Shown here: positions 18,664-28,769 of the stretch, in pieces
Layout of the letters: each line of letters starts with the position of its first letter
How positions within the stretch are numbered: the first letter of the stretch is position 1
Assembly (NCBI GenBank): GCA_963832745.1
Contig: CAWHVC010000003.1
Span: 416,001-480,000, forward strand
DNA from: Candidatus Bathyarchaeota archaeon
GTDB lineage: Archaea > Thermoproteota > Bathyarchaeia > Bathyarchaeales > Bathycorpusculaceae
Direction of reading: 5' to 3'
DNA length: 64,000 bases
Translations under genes and position numbers: made by a program
The notes under the pieces: generated by a model
Told to the model about the DNA's origin: nothing
The model's database searches: none
The model's input: only the letters and a program-made list of their open reading frames with translations

Positions 18664-19917
18664 TTGATGTCGCAAGAACAAACACCCTTAAGCGTAGCCC
18701 AAACCCAACTCAGGCTCGCAGCCAAAAAACTTCACCTTGACGCAGGCATGCATAAAATGCTCAGCCAACCAAAACGCACACTCACTATCAGCATTGACGT
18801 GCACATGGATAATGGCAGTATCGGCGTCTTCAGCGGCGTTCGTGTGCAGCATTGGGATGTTTTGGGACCGTTCAAAGGCGGATTGCGCTTTTACCCCGGT
18901 ATAACTATAGAAGAAGTCACGGCGCTTTCGATGCTTATGACTTGGAAATGCGCGATTGCTGGGATTCCGTTTGGCGGCGCCAAAGGCGGCATCTGCGTTG
19001 ACAGCAAAAAACTCAGCAAACATGAACTTGAACGAATAACAAGACGTTATGTCAGTTTAATCTACAATTATTTAGGACCTCACCTTGATGTTCCAGCGCC
19101 AGACATGTACACTGACCAGCAAACCATGGCGTGGATAATGGACACTTACAGCCAATTAACCGGTTACAGCGTACCAGAATGCGTTACAGGTAAACCAGTA
19201 GAAATCGGCGGCTCCGAAGGAAGAACCGAAGCCACTGGACGTGGAGTAATTCATTGCATGCGTCAAGCTGTAGAAAACAATGGCATAAAACTCAAGAACG
19301 CAAAAATTGTCGTTCAAGGTTTTGGAAACGTTGGCTACCACGCAGCAGTCGCAGCACAAGAATTGGGATGCAAAATCGTTGCAGTAAGCGATTCCACAGG
19401 CGGAGTCTACAATCCCGATGGTTTAAACCCCCAAGCGGTTTTAGCTCATAAGGAGCAAACTCAAACGGTACAGAACTACAAGGACTCAAAGAGCATAAAT
19501 AACGAGGAGTTGCTTGAGTTGCCTTGTGATGTTTTGATTCCTGCGGCGTTAGAAAATCAGATTACATGCAAAAACGCTGACCAAATCAAGGCTAAAATGA
19601 TTGTTGAAGCCGCCAATGGACCGACCACACCTGAAGCTGACAAAGCATTATACGAGAAGGGTGTCTGCTTAATTCCAGACATTTTGGCTAATTGTGGAGG
19701 CGTTACAGTTAGCTATTTTGAATGGGTACAAAACTTAACTAGAGAGTACTGGCCGCTTGATTTGGTTAACCACAAATTGGAAGATAAAATGACCAAAGCC
19801 TTCAACGATGTTTACGCTCTTGCAAAGAAGGAGAACAGCGATTTGCGTACTGGTGCGTTGATGCTTGGCGTAGGCAGAGTAGCGGAAGGGGTTAAAATGC
19901 GGGGACTATGGCCTTAA
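18664..19917 (+). CDS. gdhA: glutamate dehydrogenase (Glu/Leu/Phe/Val DH family)
   Basis: GPFKGGLR, MTWKCA, GGAKGG, DVPAPD, QGFGNVG, EAANGP, VTVSYFEWVQN. Confidence 0.95.
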   Translation: MMSQEQTPLSVAQTQLRLAAKKLHLDAGMHKMLSQPKRTLTISIDVHMDNGSIGVFSGVRVQHWDVLGPFKGGLRFYPGITIEEVTALSMLMTWKCAIAGIPFGGAKGGICVDSKKLSKHELERITRRYVSLIYNYLGPHLDVPAPDMYTDQQTMAWIMDTYSQLTGYSVPECVTGKPVEIGGSEGRTEATGRGVIHCMRQAVENNGIKLKNAKIVVQGFGNVGYHAAVAAQELGCKIVAVSDSTGGVYNPDGLNPQAVLAHKEQTQTVQNYKDSKSINNEELLELPCDVLIPAALENQITCKNADQIKAKMIVEAANGPTTPEADKALYEKGVCLIPDILANCGGVTVSYFEWVQNLTREYWPLDLVNHKLEDKMTKAFNDVYALAKKENSDLRTGALMLGVGRVAEGVKMRGLWP

Positions 19918-19934
19918 CCTTTAACTTTCAGTTT

Positions 19935-20192
19935 TTAACCCCATAAATCGTCGGGAATCTCTGTTTCTGCGTCTTCGTTAGAAATGTATTCAACCGCGAT
20001 TTGCTTGTAATCGCCTACGTATTTGGCTTTAATTCGGTCAACAAGCTTTCTTATGTCTTTATCATGATCTAAAACAGCAAGATTCATAACTGCAACCCAT
20101 TCATCAATATATTTGCTGGATAGTTTGTCATAATTATCTATTATCCAACGGTTGTTTTCTTTAAAGCTTGAAAACCTTTCAGTCATATCCAC
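19935..20192 (-). CDS. DUF5678-like small protein
   Basis: WIIDNYDKLSSKYIDEWVAV..VLDHDKD pattern. Confidence 0.7.
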   Translation of the reverse strand: MDMTERFSSFKENNRWIIDNYDKLSSKYIDEWVAVMNLAVLDHDKDIRKLVDRIKAKYVGDYKQIAVEYISNEDAETEIPDDLWG

Positions 20193-20377
20193 GCACGGTT
20201 ATACTTAACTTTTGATGCTTTAAATTGCTTGCCAAAACTGTCAGCAATATGCAAAAAAACATCATCAAAAACAAAATCGAGCATAAGGACAATTCTTTAC
20301 TTTTTTAATTTTTTTGTTAGAAAACCCTTAAAGGTGGTTCTTGCGTTAACTGTTGAATCCCTAAAGGGCAAAACAGT

Positions 20378-20947
20378 TTGAGAGGGAAAAAAGGGATGCC
20401 AGCAAACATTGGAATATTGGATTTTTGTTACGAGAACTCGTTAACTACTGTTGTTGCCAACCGTAACTTTGCTGAAATGAAACTGGCAGGCTTAAATGTG
20501 GGCCCATTTGATGAGGGCAACGAGTACCAAGTCTACTACTGGATAGCTAAAGAGCTTAAAGAAGCAGGCATAGTGCACCTACGCGAAGAAGAAGTGTTAG
20601 ACGCAGGAAAACTGTACAAAGTGCAGTGGAAAGAAGGCGTTCAGATTCCAGGTATGATTTCAGAGTTACCGCAAGATTTTTACCCTAAACTACGCAGGTA
20701 CCTAGCCTTTGCCGAAACTGAAGCGGTTCAACCAGAAAAAATCCAAGAATACCACAAAGCCAAAGCATTAGCAAAAGACATAATCAACTCGCGTCTCAAA
20801 AAAATTATCGCGTTGTCATCAGCTTCTGCCCAAAGCGACCAAGTGCTAAAAAAATTAACCAGCGAAGAAAGAATTATCTATGACCAGCTTGGCAAAATAA
20901 TTTCTACTTGGAAAATCCAGATCCTTCAAAAACAAGAAAAAAAATAG
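20378..20947 (+). CDS. gins23: GINS complex subunit Gins23
   Basis: N-terminal B-domain with YWIAKELKEAG; ELPQDFY, RLKKII, LTSEER; immediately upstream of mcm. Confidence 0.82.
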   Translation: MRGKKGMPANIGILDFCYENSLTTVVANRNFAEMKLAGLNVGPFDEGNEYQVYYWIAKELKEAGIVHLREEEVLDAGKLYKVQWKEGVQIPGMISELPQDFYPKLRRYLAFAETEAVQPEKIQEYHKAKALAKDIINSRLKKIIALSSASAQSDQVLKKLTSEERIIYDQLGKIISTWKIQILQKQEKK

Positions 20948-20959
20948 GCGAAACCTTGA

Positions 20960-22996
20960 ATGGCTAAAGATGTTGAACTGATTGATCCACAAGAACGATT
21001 CTTAGAGTTCTTTAAGAAAGAAAAGTATAGAACTAGAATTAGCCAATTAGCCATTACAGGAAAAAGCAGCGTCACAATCGATTTTGATGAACTTTACAGT
21101 TTTGACCAAGCCTTAGCCGAGCAATTGCTTAACAAACCTGAAGAGTACATGCAACACGCAAGCAAAGCATCGTACGAGCAGTTAAGAATTGAGGATGCCG
21201 AGTTTGCGGAAAAAATAGAAAAAATCATCATACGCGTCACCAGACTTCTGGGCAAAGAGGTACTCCGCAAACTAGGCTCTAAAAACATGGGCAAACTAAT
21301 CCTTGTTGAAGGCATTGTTGTCCGCGCCACACCCGTCCGCCCAATGGTTCAGCAAGCAGCGTTTAAATGCAAACGTTGTGGAACTGTAATGAAGGTTGAG
21401 CAAACAGGACAATTCCTTAAAGCGCCAGCAATCTGCATGGCACCTGATTGCGGCAAGGACGGACCGTTTGAGTTTGCCCAAGAAGAATCTACATTCATTG
21501 ACTCCCAAGACCTAAGGTTGCAGGAAAAACCAGAAGATTTGCCGCCTGGACAGTTACCCCGAACTTTAGCTGTCAAACTAATTGGCGACGAAATCGTTGA
21601 CTTAGCCCGCCCTGGAGACCATGTTTCCATCGTCGGCATAGTCCGTGCTCATGCGCCTTCACTAATTGGCATGGGAAAACTACGTACATTCATCCTTCAA
21701 CTTGAAGCCAACTCTGTTGAATTATTAGGCAAAGAACCAGAAAGCTCTCCACCCTCACCGGAAGAAGAAGCAAAAATCCTTGAACTTTCACGGGACCCTT
21801 ACGTTCACAAGAAAATTATGAGTGCTATTGCACCCTCAATTTTCGGCAATGAGCACTTAAAAGAAGCTGTCATGTATCTGCTTTTTGGTGGAGTTTCAAG
21901 AAGTCTGCCGGACATGATGGTAAGAGGCGAAATGAACGCGCTCATCATCGGTGACCCAGGTACCGCCAAGTCACAGTTACTCCAGTACGTTTCCCGCATT
22001 GCCCCAAGAGGCTTGTACACTTCAGGCAGAGGCACCACCGCCGCAGGTTTAACCGCAGCCGTAGTTCGAGAAAAAGGAGGTTCAATGTCGCTTGAAGCAG
22101 GCGCACTTGTCTTGGCAGATAAGGGCATTGCTTGCATCGACGAAATGGACAAAATGCGACCTGAAGACCGAGTTGCCATCCACGAAGCCATGGAACAGCA
22201 CACCGTTTCAGTAGCTAAAGGAGGTATCGTCGCAACTCTAAACGCTCGCACGTCAGTTCTGGCGGCGGCTAACCCATCACTTGGCAGATATGAACCGAAC
22301 CGTACAGTAGCTGAAAACATTTCCTTGCCAGTCACTATCCTTTCACGTTTTGACTTAATCTTCGTGCTCCGCGATGTGCCCAACAAGGAGTCGGACAGCA
22401 GAATGTCTGAGCACATTTTGGAAATTCACAGACGTGGCATCAGCCCAGTTGAATCGCAAATCGACCGCGAACTATTACGAAAATACGTCAGTTACTCTAA
22501 GAGCGTGTATCCAGCTTTAAGTCCTGAAGCCTTAAAACGGTTAAAAGAGTTCTATTTGGCTATGCGTAACGCCAGCGAGACGGAAGGCTCTCCCGTTGCT
22601 ATTACCGCCCGTCAACTTGAGGCTTTGGTTCGGATTGCTGAAGCGCGTGCACGTGTTGCGTTACGTCCAGAGGTTACGGCAGAGGATGCGGAAGCTGCAA
22701 TTGCAATTATGAAGAAATCACTTGAAGAAGTTGGAATTGACTTATCATCTTTCAAAGTGGACATTGACATCATCATGACCGGCAGGCCTAAAAGCATTAG
22801 GGACCGCTTACACATTGTCCTATCAGTGCTCATGGATATGGAAAAGCAGACAGGCATTGTTGAAAGAGACGCGTTTGTCAGTGAACTGGAAACCAAACAT
22901 AAGATTCCCAGAGGCGAAATTGAACGCATGATAAGCCAACTTCTCCGTGAAGGCACCATCTATGAGCCACGCGAAGGATGTCTCAAGAAAACTTAG
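20960..22996 (+). CDS. mcm: replicative helicase MCM
   Basis: Zn finger, GDPGTAKSQ, IDEMDKM, EAMEQ, SRFD arginine finger; no intein. Confidence 0.97.
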   Translation: MAKDVELIDPQERFLEFFKKEKYRTRISQLAITGKSSVTIDFDELYSFDQALAEQLLNKPEEYMQHASKASYEQLRIEDAEFAEKIEKIIIRVTRLLGKEVLRKLGSKNMGKLILVEGIVVRATPVRPMVQQAAFKCKRCGTVMKVEQTGQFLKAPAICMAPDCGKDGPFEFAQEESTFIDSQDLRLQEKPEDLPPGQLPRTLAVKLIGDEIVDLARPGDHVSIVGIVRAHAPSLIGMGKLRTFILQLEANSVELLGKEPESSPPSPEEEAKILELSRDPYVHKKIMSAIAPSIFGNEHLKEAVMYLLFGGVSRSLPDMMVRGEMNALIIGDPGTAKSQLLQYVSRIAPRGLYTSGRGTTAAGLTAAVVREKGGSMSLEAGALVLADKGIACIDEMDKMRPEDRVAIHEAMEQHTVSVAKGGIVATLNARTSVLAAANPSLGRYEPNRTVAENISLPVTILSRFDLIFVLRDVPNKESDSRMSEHILEIHRRGISPVESQIDRELLRKYVSYSKSVYPALSPEALKRLKEFYLAMRNASETEGSPVAITARQLEALVRIAEARARVALRPEVTAEDAEAAIAIMKKSLEEVGIDLSSFKVDIDIIMTGRPKSIRDRLHIVLSVLMDMEKQTGIVERDAFVSELETKHKIPRGEIERMISQLLREGTIYEPREGCLKKT

Positions 22997-23006
22997 ATGA
23001 ACCGCC

Positions 23007-24098
23007 ATGAAGCCGATTGTAGTAGTCACAGGTACAAGGCCAGAAATTATTAAAATGGCACCCGTAATTCGCGCACTGCAAGCAGCCGGTTTGCCGTACG
23101 TGTTTGTTCATTGCGGCCAACATTACGATTATAACATGGCTCAACAGTTTATCGAAAACTTAGAGTTGCCAGCGCCAGACTTTAACCTCAAAATCGACGC
23201 CACCTCACCCGGAGGACAAACGGCTGACATCCTGAAACAGTTTGATAAGCTACTTGTTGAAGTTGACCCATCGATTGTTCTTGCGGAGGGTGATACTAAC
23301 ACGGTTTTGGCAACTTCACTTGCCGCAAACAAAAGCAGAGTTAAAGTGGGGCATGTTGAGGCGGGTCTTAGAAGTTTTGACTTACGCATGCCTGAAGAGC
23401 ACAACAGGCGCTTAGCCGACCACATTTCAGATTACTTGTTTGCGCCAACCCCAAGAGCCAAAACCAACTTAGAAAAAGAGAACGTTTGGGGCAAAACATT
23501 CGTTACAGGCAACACGGTCATCGACGCTGTTAACCAACATTTACCCATGGCGCAAAAAAAGGCAACCATCCTTAATCAGGTTGCTTTTGAACAATTCGCC
23601 TTGGCTACGGCGCATCGAGCAGAAAACGTTGACGATTTAGCAGTGCTTAAAACCTTCATGGAAGTCTTCGCTGAGTCACCATTGCCAATTGTTTATCCCA
23701 TGCATCCTCGAACAAAAAAACGTCTGCAAGAAAGTAGCCTCTACGACAAAGTTTTAGCTATGAAAAACGTGCTTGTCCTGCCACCATTGGGGTATCTTGA
23801 TTTTCTTGCACTCATACGCCGATGTGACGTGATTATTACTGATTCAGGAGGCATTCAAGAAGAGGCAACTGCGCCCAGCATACGAAAACCCGTCTTGGTA
23901 ATGCGTCTATCAACAGAGCGGCCTGAAGCGGTAGAAGCGGGTTTTGCAAAAATTGTGGGCACCGAGAAAAAACAGATTCTTTCTGCGCTTAACAAGTTTG
24001 ACAGTTGGGGTAAGTTGCCGAGTGTTTCACCTTTTGGAGATGGAACAGCTGCCAAGCAAATTGTGGATATCTTGAAAAAAGAATTTGTTATTAGTTAA
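23007..24098 (+). CDS. wecB: UDP-N-acetylglucosamine 2-epimerase (non-hydrolysing)
   Basis: GTRPEIIKM, GHVEAGLRS, PEEHNR, TDSGGIQEEA, TERPE. Confidence 0.95.
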   Translation: MKPIVVVTGTRPEIIKMAPVIRALQAAGLPYVFVHCGQHYDYNMAQQFIENLELPAPDFNLKIDATSPGGQTADILKQFDKLLVEVDPSIVLAEGDTNTVLATSLAANKSRVKVGHVEAGLRSFDLRMPEEHNRRLADHISDYLFAPTPRAKTNLEKENVWGKTFVTGNTVIDAVNQHLPMAQKKATILNQVAFEQFALATAHRAENVDDLAVLKTFMEVFAESPLPIVYPMHPRTKKRLQESSLYDKVLAMKNVLVLPPLGYLDFLALIRRCDVIITDSGGIQEEATAPSIRKPVLVMRLSTERPEAVEAGFAKIVGTEKKQILSALNKFDSWGKLPSVSPFGDGTAAKQIVDILKKEFVIS

Positions 24099-24112
24099 AG
24101 TTGGAAAAGAGT

Positions 24113-24889
24113 TTAGGATATGTAGGTTGTTTTCTTTTCGTCTTGCTTCTTTGTTTCTTCTGCTTGCAACACACGTTTCTCTTCGATTGCCTGTAAACGT
24201 GTAACCATGGTTTCTGCACGCGAGATTTCCTCGTTTAACCCGTTTAAGTCAACGTCAAAGTTGAAGGTGCTCTTTAAAATTTCAAGCACACTTTTTGCAG
24301 CTAACGGGTCGGGAAGGTAACCACGTGTTTCACCTAGCAAGCATAGTGCATCAATTTTTTTGAATTTGGACAAGCCTAAGATTAAGCCTGCGGTGCCAAC
24401 AATTGGACTTCCTGAAGTGCTTAAGGATGCGCCTGCGGCTAAGGATTTGTCTATTACAGTTTTAGAGGTGGCGGCGACAAAAACTTTTGGTTTGTCTTTT
24501 GCTTCCATACGGTATCCCCCGATGGTTGCAACTGTTTGAACATGGTTTTTCTCTGCATAGTCAAGCATGCGGTCGGCGATTTCGTATTGACCTTCAATAG
24601 TTTGTGATTGGCTGTCACCAGTGAACAGGATTAAGTCGCTTGCGTCTTCTTTTGGGTTTTTCCAGTAATAGAATGCGCCCCGTAGTAAACGTACATTACC
24701 TTTTTTGTTAACTAAAACAAAGTATGGAAAATGTGGTGAGTACAGGTAAGCGATTTTTTGGGCTTTAAGCTGTTTAATTAAGTAGCGCATGGCGATTTTG
24801 CCAACTAAGCCTAATCCTGGAAGTCCTTCGATTAAGACTGGATTGTTAGGGTGGATTTCTGTGAGTTCTTTAATGTAGGTTTCTTTCAT
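24113..24889 (-). CDS. PAC2-family proteasome assembly chaperone
   Basis: LIEGLPGLGLVGKIA, GDSQ, LLGETRGYLPDP; conserved position after nop10. Confidence 0.88.
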   Translation of the reverse strand: MKETYIKELTEIHPNNPVLIEGLPGLGLVGKIAMRYLIKQLKAQKIAYLYSPHFPYFVLVNKKGNVRLLRGAFYYWKNPKEDASDLILFTGDSQSQTIEGQYEIADRMLDYAEKNHVQTVATIGGYRMEAKDKPKVFVAATSKTVIDKSLAAGASLSTSGSPIVGTAGLILGLSKFKKIDALCLLGETRGYLPDPLAAKSVLEILKSTFNFDVDLNGLNEEISRAETMVTRLQAIEEKRVLQAEETKKQDEKKTTYIS

Positions 24890-25056
24890 TGTTCTTCGCT
24901 ACCTCTTTTCATTGCCATACGATATTTTAGGTATTTATCGTCTGGCGAAAACTTTGCTGGATGAGGAATCTTTACAGGACCACTACAGTAAGGACACGCA
25001 GTCTTGTTTAACGTGTAATGATTGCAGTTAACGCATTTTCTAAGTTGCCATACCAA
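24886..25056 (-). CDS. nop10: H/ACA RNP protein Nop10
   Basis: RKCxxC..YTL..CPYC..PHPAKFSPDDKYLKYR; TTG start at 25056. Confidence 0.92.
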   Translation of the reverse strand: MVWQLRKCVNCNHYTLNKTACPYCSGPVKIPHPAKFSPDDKYLKYRMAMKRGSEEQ

Positions 25057-25057
25057 A

Positions 25058-25843
25058 CTATTTTTCCCTTCTAAAAGTGCCTTGCCCGCCTGCTTTAGTA
25101 ACGTTTGACACGACACTTAGAGCAGCCTTCTCAAAGACATCCTCAGCTTTCTTGTAGTTTTCCGCTCGAGCTTCAATACTGTATTTTGGCGCAGCGATAA
25201 CGTAAAATTTTACGCTGGCTGCACGGATTTTTTCTGCCTTTGCGGCTTGGAATGCTTCTTTAATTACTTTTACACCATTTGGTTTTGTGCATCTGATTTC
25301 AAGGATGCCTTTAACCTTAACCATTTTTACGTGAATGCGGTCTTCAGCTACTTCAGCAAAAGCTTTAGCAATATTTTCAGGAACACCGATTTTAACTAAA
25401 GCTTCAGGTCCGTCTTTAACTGCTTTTTCAAAGCCCTCGTAAATGCCGAACTTTTCGTCAATTTTTTCGGCGGCTTGCTGGTAGAGTTCATCAACGCTTA
25501 AGCTAACTTTAGCTGCGACTTCGCGCAGTAAGGCTTCGCCTTTGCGTTCTTTTTTCCATAACATGATTTTTTCGATACGTTCACGTTTGGTTACTCGACG
25601 TAGTGAAAGGTCGATGTGCCCTTTTTCGGAATCTACACGTAAAACTTTTAGGACAACTTTTTGTCCTTCGCGCACAAAATCGCGGATATTACGAATCCAA
25701 GAAGAAGAAATTTCTGAAACGTGTAGTAAACCACGTTTTTCGAATTCGTCGAGTTTTGCGTAAGCACCGTAGTCAGTAACAGTCTCTATCGTAGCTATTA
25801 CTAACTCGCCATTCTCTGGCCATTCAGGCTTACGCTCCGCCAT
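25058..25843 (-). CDS. eif2a: translation initiation factor aIF2 alpha
   Basis: S1 domain YGAYAKLDEF..LHVSEIS..IDLSLRRV; IAAPKY. Confidence 0.96.
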   Translation of the reverse strand: MAERKPEWPENGELVIATIETVTDYGAYAKLDEFEKRGLLHVSEISSSWIRNIRDFVREGQKVVLKVLRVDSEKGHIDLSLRRVTKRERIEKIMLWKKERKGEALLREVAAKVSLSVDELYQQAAEKIDEKFGIYEGFEKAVKDGPEALVKIGVPENIAKAFAEVAEDRIHVKMVKVKGILEIRCTKPNGVKVIKEAFQAAKAEKIRAASVKFYVIAAPKYSIEARAENYKKAEDVFEKAALSVVSNVTKAGGQGTFRREK

Positions 25844-25860
25844 TTTGCACATTCACTCTT

Positions 25861-26058
25861 TTATTCTAACGCGGACAGTATTTCGCCGTTGATTTTTGCT
25901 TTTCCGCCTGAGGGTGCAGCTAAGGTTTCGTTGCATACGTTGCAGGTTACTTTGTTTGTGGCGTGGCTGAACACTAATTGTTCATTGCCGCATTTTAAGC
26001 ATTTGACACGTAGGAAACTGCTGCTTGGTTTGGGGATAAGCTTGTTCCATTCTGACAT
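25861..26058 (-). CDS. rps27e: 30S ribosomal protein S27e
   Basis: FLRVKCLKCGNEQLVFSHA..CNVC..PSGGKA. Confidence 0.96.
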   Translation of the reverse strand: MSEWNKLIPKPSSSFLRVKCLKCGNEQLVFSHATNKVTCNVCNETLAAPSGGKAKINGEILSALE

Positions 26059-26080
26059 AACATTTTACTCCTTTTAAAGT

Positions 26081-26356
26081 TTAAACTAGGGCTAGTTTTC
26101 GTAGCCTTATTCCATCTTTGTGGCGCATGTAACCGCATTTTTTACATTTCAAACGTAAAGTTTGTTTTTTGGTTGTTTTGGCGAATTCATGTTGTAGTGG
26201 ATATTTTTGTCCACCGTAGCCTTTCTTTTCTCTATCGTGGTGGCGTTCGCCTTTAGCCATGGCTCTACGTTTTCCAGCCTTGTATAGGGTTACATTGTGA
26301 GCTTCATGATCTTTACATTTTGGACAGTAAGTCTTGACTTCTTTAGGAACGTTCAC
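26081..26356 (-). CDS. rpl44e: 50S ribosomal protein L44e (eL42)
   Basis: VPKEVKTYCPKC..GYGGQKYP..AKTTKK..LKCKKC. Confidence 0.96.
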   Translation of the reverse strand: MNVPKEVKTYCPKCKDHEAHNVTLYKAGKRRAMAKGERHHDREKKGYGGQKYPLQHEFAKTTKKQTLRLKCKKCGYMRHKDGIRLRKLALV

Positions 26357-26629
26357 TTTGTTCACTACCAGCTTTAGCTTTGCATAAAAGTAACGCACAC
26401 ATTCTTATACTTTTTCGCTGACGAATTTTAAAAAGTAACTCACAGGTAACACTTTAACTATCAATTTTTTGTTTAGAAGTTGTTGCCGCAGAGCCTCTTA
26501 GCACAACAACAACCAACAGACTTAGTTAACGTTTGTGTTTTGGGCTTTGCTGTTTTAGGGGGTTTCAGGCTGGTTGTGGCATGTTCTACAAGTATATGGA
26601 TCCAATAATTGTAAATAGCCAACCGTCAT

Positions 26630-27475
26630 ATGGCTGATAGGGAAATGAGCATGTGCGTTGAAGAGATTAAACCAACCTCATGGCAAAAACTTGTTAACGA
26701 ACTTTTCAGGGATTGCGCCTTACAAGAACATATTATGCGGTACCGATCTCTTTACGCATATCGAGGACTTTCCGATAGCACTTATACCTTAAAAACCTCA
26801 CTGATACGCCTGCACGACAAAAACATTAATTGTTGTCAAAAAGTTGAGCCGCATCTTCTTAAAAATTTTATGAAATACTCAAGGGAGGATTATCCAAGCT
26901 ACTCGAAATGGCAATGGCTAGCACTTGCCCAACATCATGGCTTACCAACAAGATTACTAGATTGGACTTTTTCTCCTTTTGTTGCGTTACACTTTGCCAC
27001 TGCCGACAGCAAAAAATTCGATTGCGATGGTGCAGTATGGCTTGTCAACTTCGAAAAAGTGCATAAAGAATTGCCTACAGAAATATATAGCCAATTTGAT
27101 AAAGAAGGGTCATATGTCTTTACCGTCACATCTCTCTCAAAGATAGCAAAAGATTTGGAAACATTTGACAAGATCGATAATAAGGGTAAGCCATTTGCCT
27201 TATTTTTTGAGCCACCATCACTTGATGAACGAATTGTAAATCAATCTGCCTTGCATTCGATTATTTCCAGCCCAACAATGCGATTTGATGAACTCTTAGA
27301 GCAGCATCCTAGTTGGTACAAGAGAATAATTATCCCTAAGCAACTAAAAGCTGAAATTAGAGATAAACTTGACCAAGCGAATATAACAGAAAGGGTTCTA
27401 TTTCCAGGACTAGATGGATTGAGCAGTTGGTTGTCAAGATGGTATGGACCCAGCTATTTAACGAGTTTGCGCTAA
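26630..27475 (+). CDS. FRG domain-containing protein
   Basis: YAYRG, LAQHHGLPTRLLDWTFSPFVALHFA, ERIVNQSA, LFPGLDG. Confidence 0.92.
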   Translation: MADREMSMCVEEIKPTSWQKLVNELFRDCALQEHIMRYRSLYAYRGLSDSTYTLKTSLIRLHDKNINCCQKVEPHLLKNFMKYSREDYPSYSKWQWLALAQHHGLPTRLLDWTFSPFVALHFATADSKKFDCDGAVWLVNFEKVHKELPTEIYSQFDKEGSYVFTVTSLSKIAKDLETFDKIDNKGKPFALFFEPPSLDERIVNQSALHSIISSPTMRFDELLEQHPSWYKRIIIPKQLKAEIRDKLDQANITERVLFPGLDGLSSWLSRWYGPSYLTSLR

Positions 27476-27743
27476 GTCTTTCCGTTAGTCCAAATAGTCA
27501 AGTTATCATTTGCCTATACTGCTTAGAATCCTTAACCATAAGGGCTAGAACGCCAGTGACATGATGATACAGACAAAATCCACGACAACACCTAAAATAA
27601 CATTTGACTATCCTGTTGTATAAAATTTACAGATATATCCGACAAGATTGGAGTTACAAAGATATAACCCAAATAGGCAAACACAGCCTAATGCTGCCTT
27701 CATACTTATTTTTTCGGGTTCATAGACTATTAAATGTCTATTT

Positions 27744-28769
27744 GTGAATAACAGTAAAACTAATAATAGAACTAACGTTAATTTGCTTTTTATGAAACTA
27801 AACGAACTTGAGGAGTACTTACAACTAATTTTTGACAAGGAAATTAGCGATCAAAAATACGAGAAAAAGGACCTATTTAATTGCCCTAGCTTAGACCTTA
27901 CAAAACCCATTGTTTACCCTAACGGTCAAACCCTTGTGGATTTATTTTCGAACGTTAGCAATGAAATAGAACTAAATAAAAGGGTTCTCGAGAGACTTAA
28001 GAAAGAAATCATCAAAGCCCCAGAAGAGCAGAGTGCATCGGTGATGACTTATACATTTTATTGTGGAATTTCCCCTCTTTGTTTTTTTGCCTTAATAGAA
28101 TCAGGTTTTGTGAATGAAGCCATAGATTGTCTAAATCTAAGAATACAAACCTCGTATGGTATAACTAGATTAGTAAATATATATTTAGAAAAAAACATCT
28201 TTAATTACGATCAGTTAAACCATCTGGCAAAGCGATATAAAGACCCAGATTATTCCAGAAAGATCTTGGATAAAAAGTTTAACATTTTTAAAAAACAGCT
28301 AAAAACTATCAATTTAGAGATAAATCAGGACAAAATAATCGTTTCACAAAAAATTAAAAACTACGGATTCAGCGATAAATATAATGAGTATCTCAATTTG
28401 ATAGATGAATTTATTCGAACTGATGCTTCAAAAGTAATGAATGCAGGTATGATTAGCACTCTCAGATCATTCATGGCTGAGTTAATTACTGACATTGCAA
28501 ATAGAATCGCCTTTTACGAAAAAGAGACAATTCCAAAGTATGAGGGGCATCAAGAGTTGGGCAATATTAGAATTTACTTAAAAAAGAAGTTAGAACTGAG
28601 TGAAAAAGACCACAAGCTCATCAATGCTATTGTCGAAGTCTTACATGAAGAGGGCGCACATTCTATGATGACAAACAAAGAATATTTTCGGCTTTCAAAG
28701 AATATTGTGATAGAAGTAGCCCTTTTTATATTATTAAAATATGAGCAGAAATACGGAATAGCGAAATAG
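27744..28769 (+). CDS. AT-rich hypothetical protein, C-terminal Abi_C/HEPN-like helical domain candidate
   Basis: Low-GC ORF; ..STLRSFMAELI.. followed by LHEEGAH near the C-terminus. Confidence 0.6.
   Translation: MNNSKTNNRTNVNLLFMKLNELEEYLQLIFDKEISDQKYEKKDLFNCPSLDLTKPIVYPNGQTLVDLFSNVSNEIELNKRVLERLKKEIIKAPEEQSASVMTYTFYCGISPLCFFALIESGFVNEAIDCLNLRIQTSYGITRLVNIYLEKNIFNYDQLNHLAKRYKDPDYSRKILDKKFNIFKKQLKTINLEINQDKIIVSQKIKNYGFSDKYNEYLNLIDEFIRTDASKVMNAGMISTLRSFMAELITDIANRIAFYEKETIPKYEGHQELGNIRIYLKKKLELSEKDHKLINAIVEVLHEEGAHSMMTNKEYFRLSKNIVIEVALFILLKYEQKYGIAK

Noticed and set aside
21805-22416. Long antisense ORFs (e.g. 21805-22416, 8083-8652, 38096-38812, 13083-13562 and several inside hppA)
   Set aside because: They are shadows of well-conserved genes on the opposite strand, with Ser/Pro/Thr-rich non-protein-like composition
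20960-22996. Possible inteins in MCM, RFC or DP2
   Set aside because: Protein lengths are normal, the motifs are contiguous and no intein splice-junction or LAGLIDADG motifs are present
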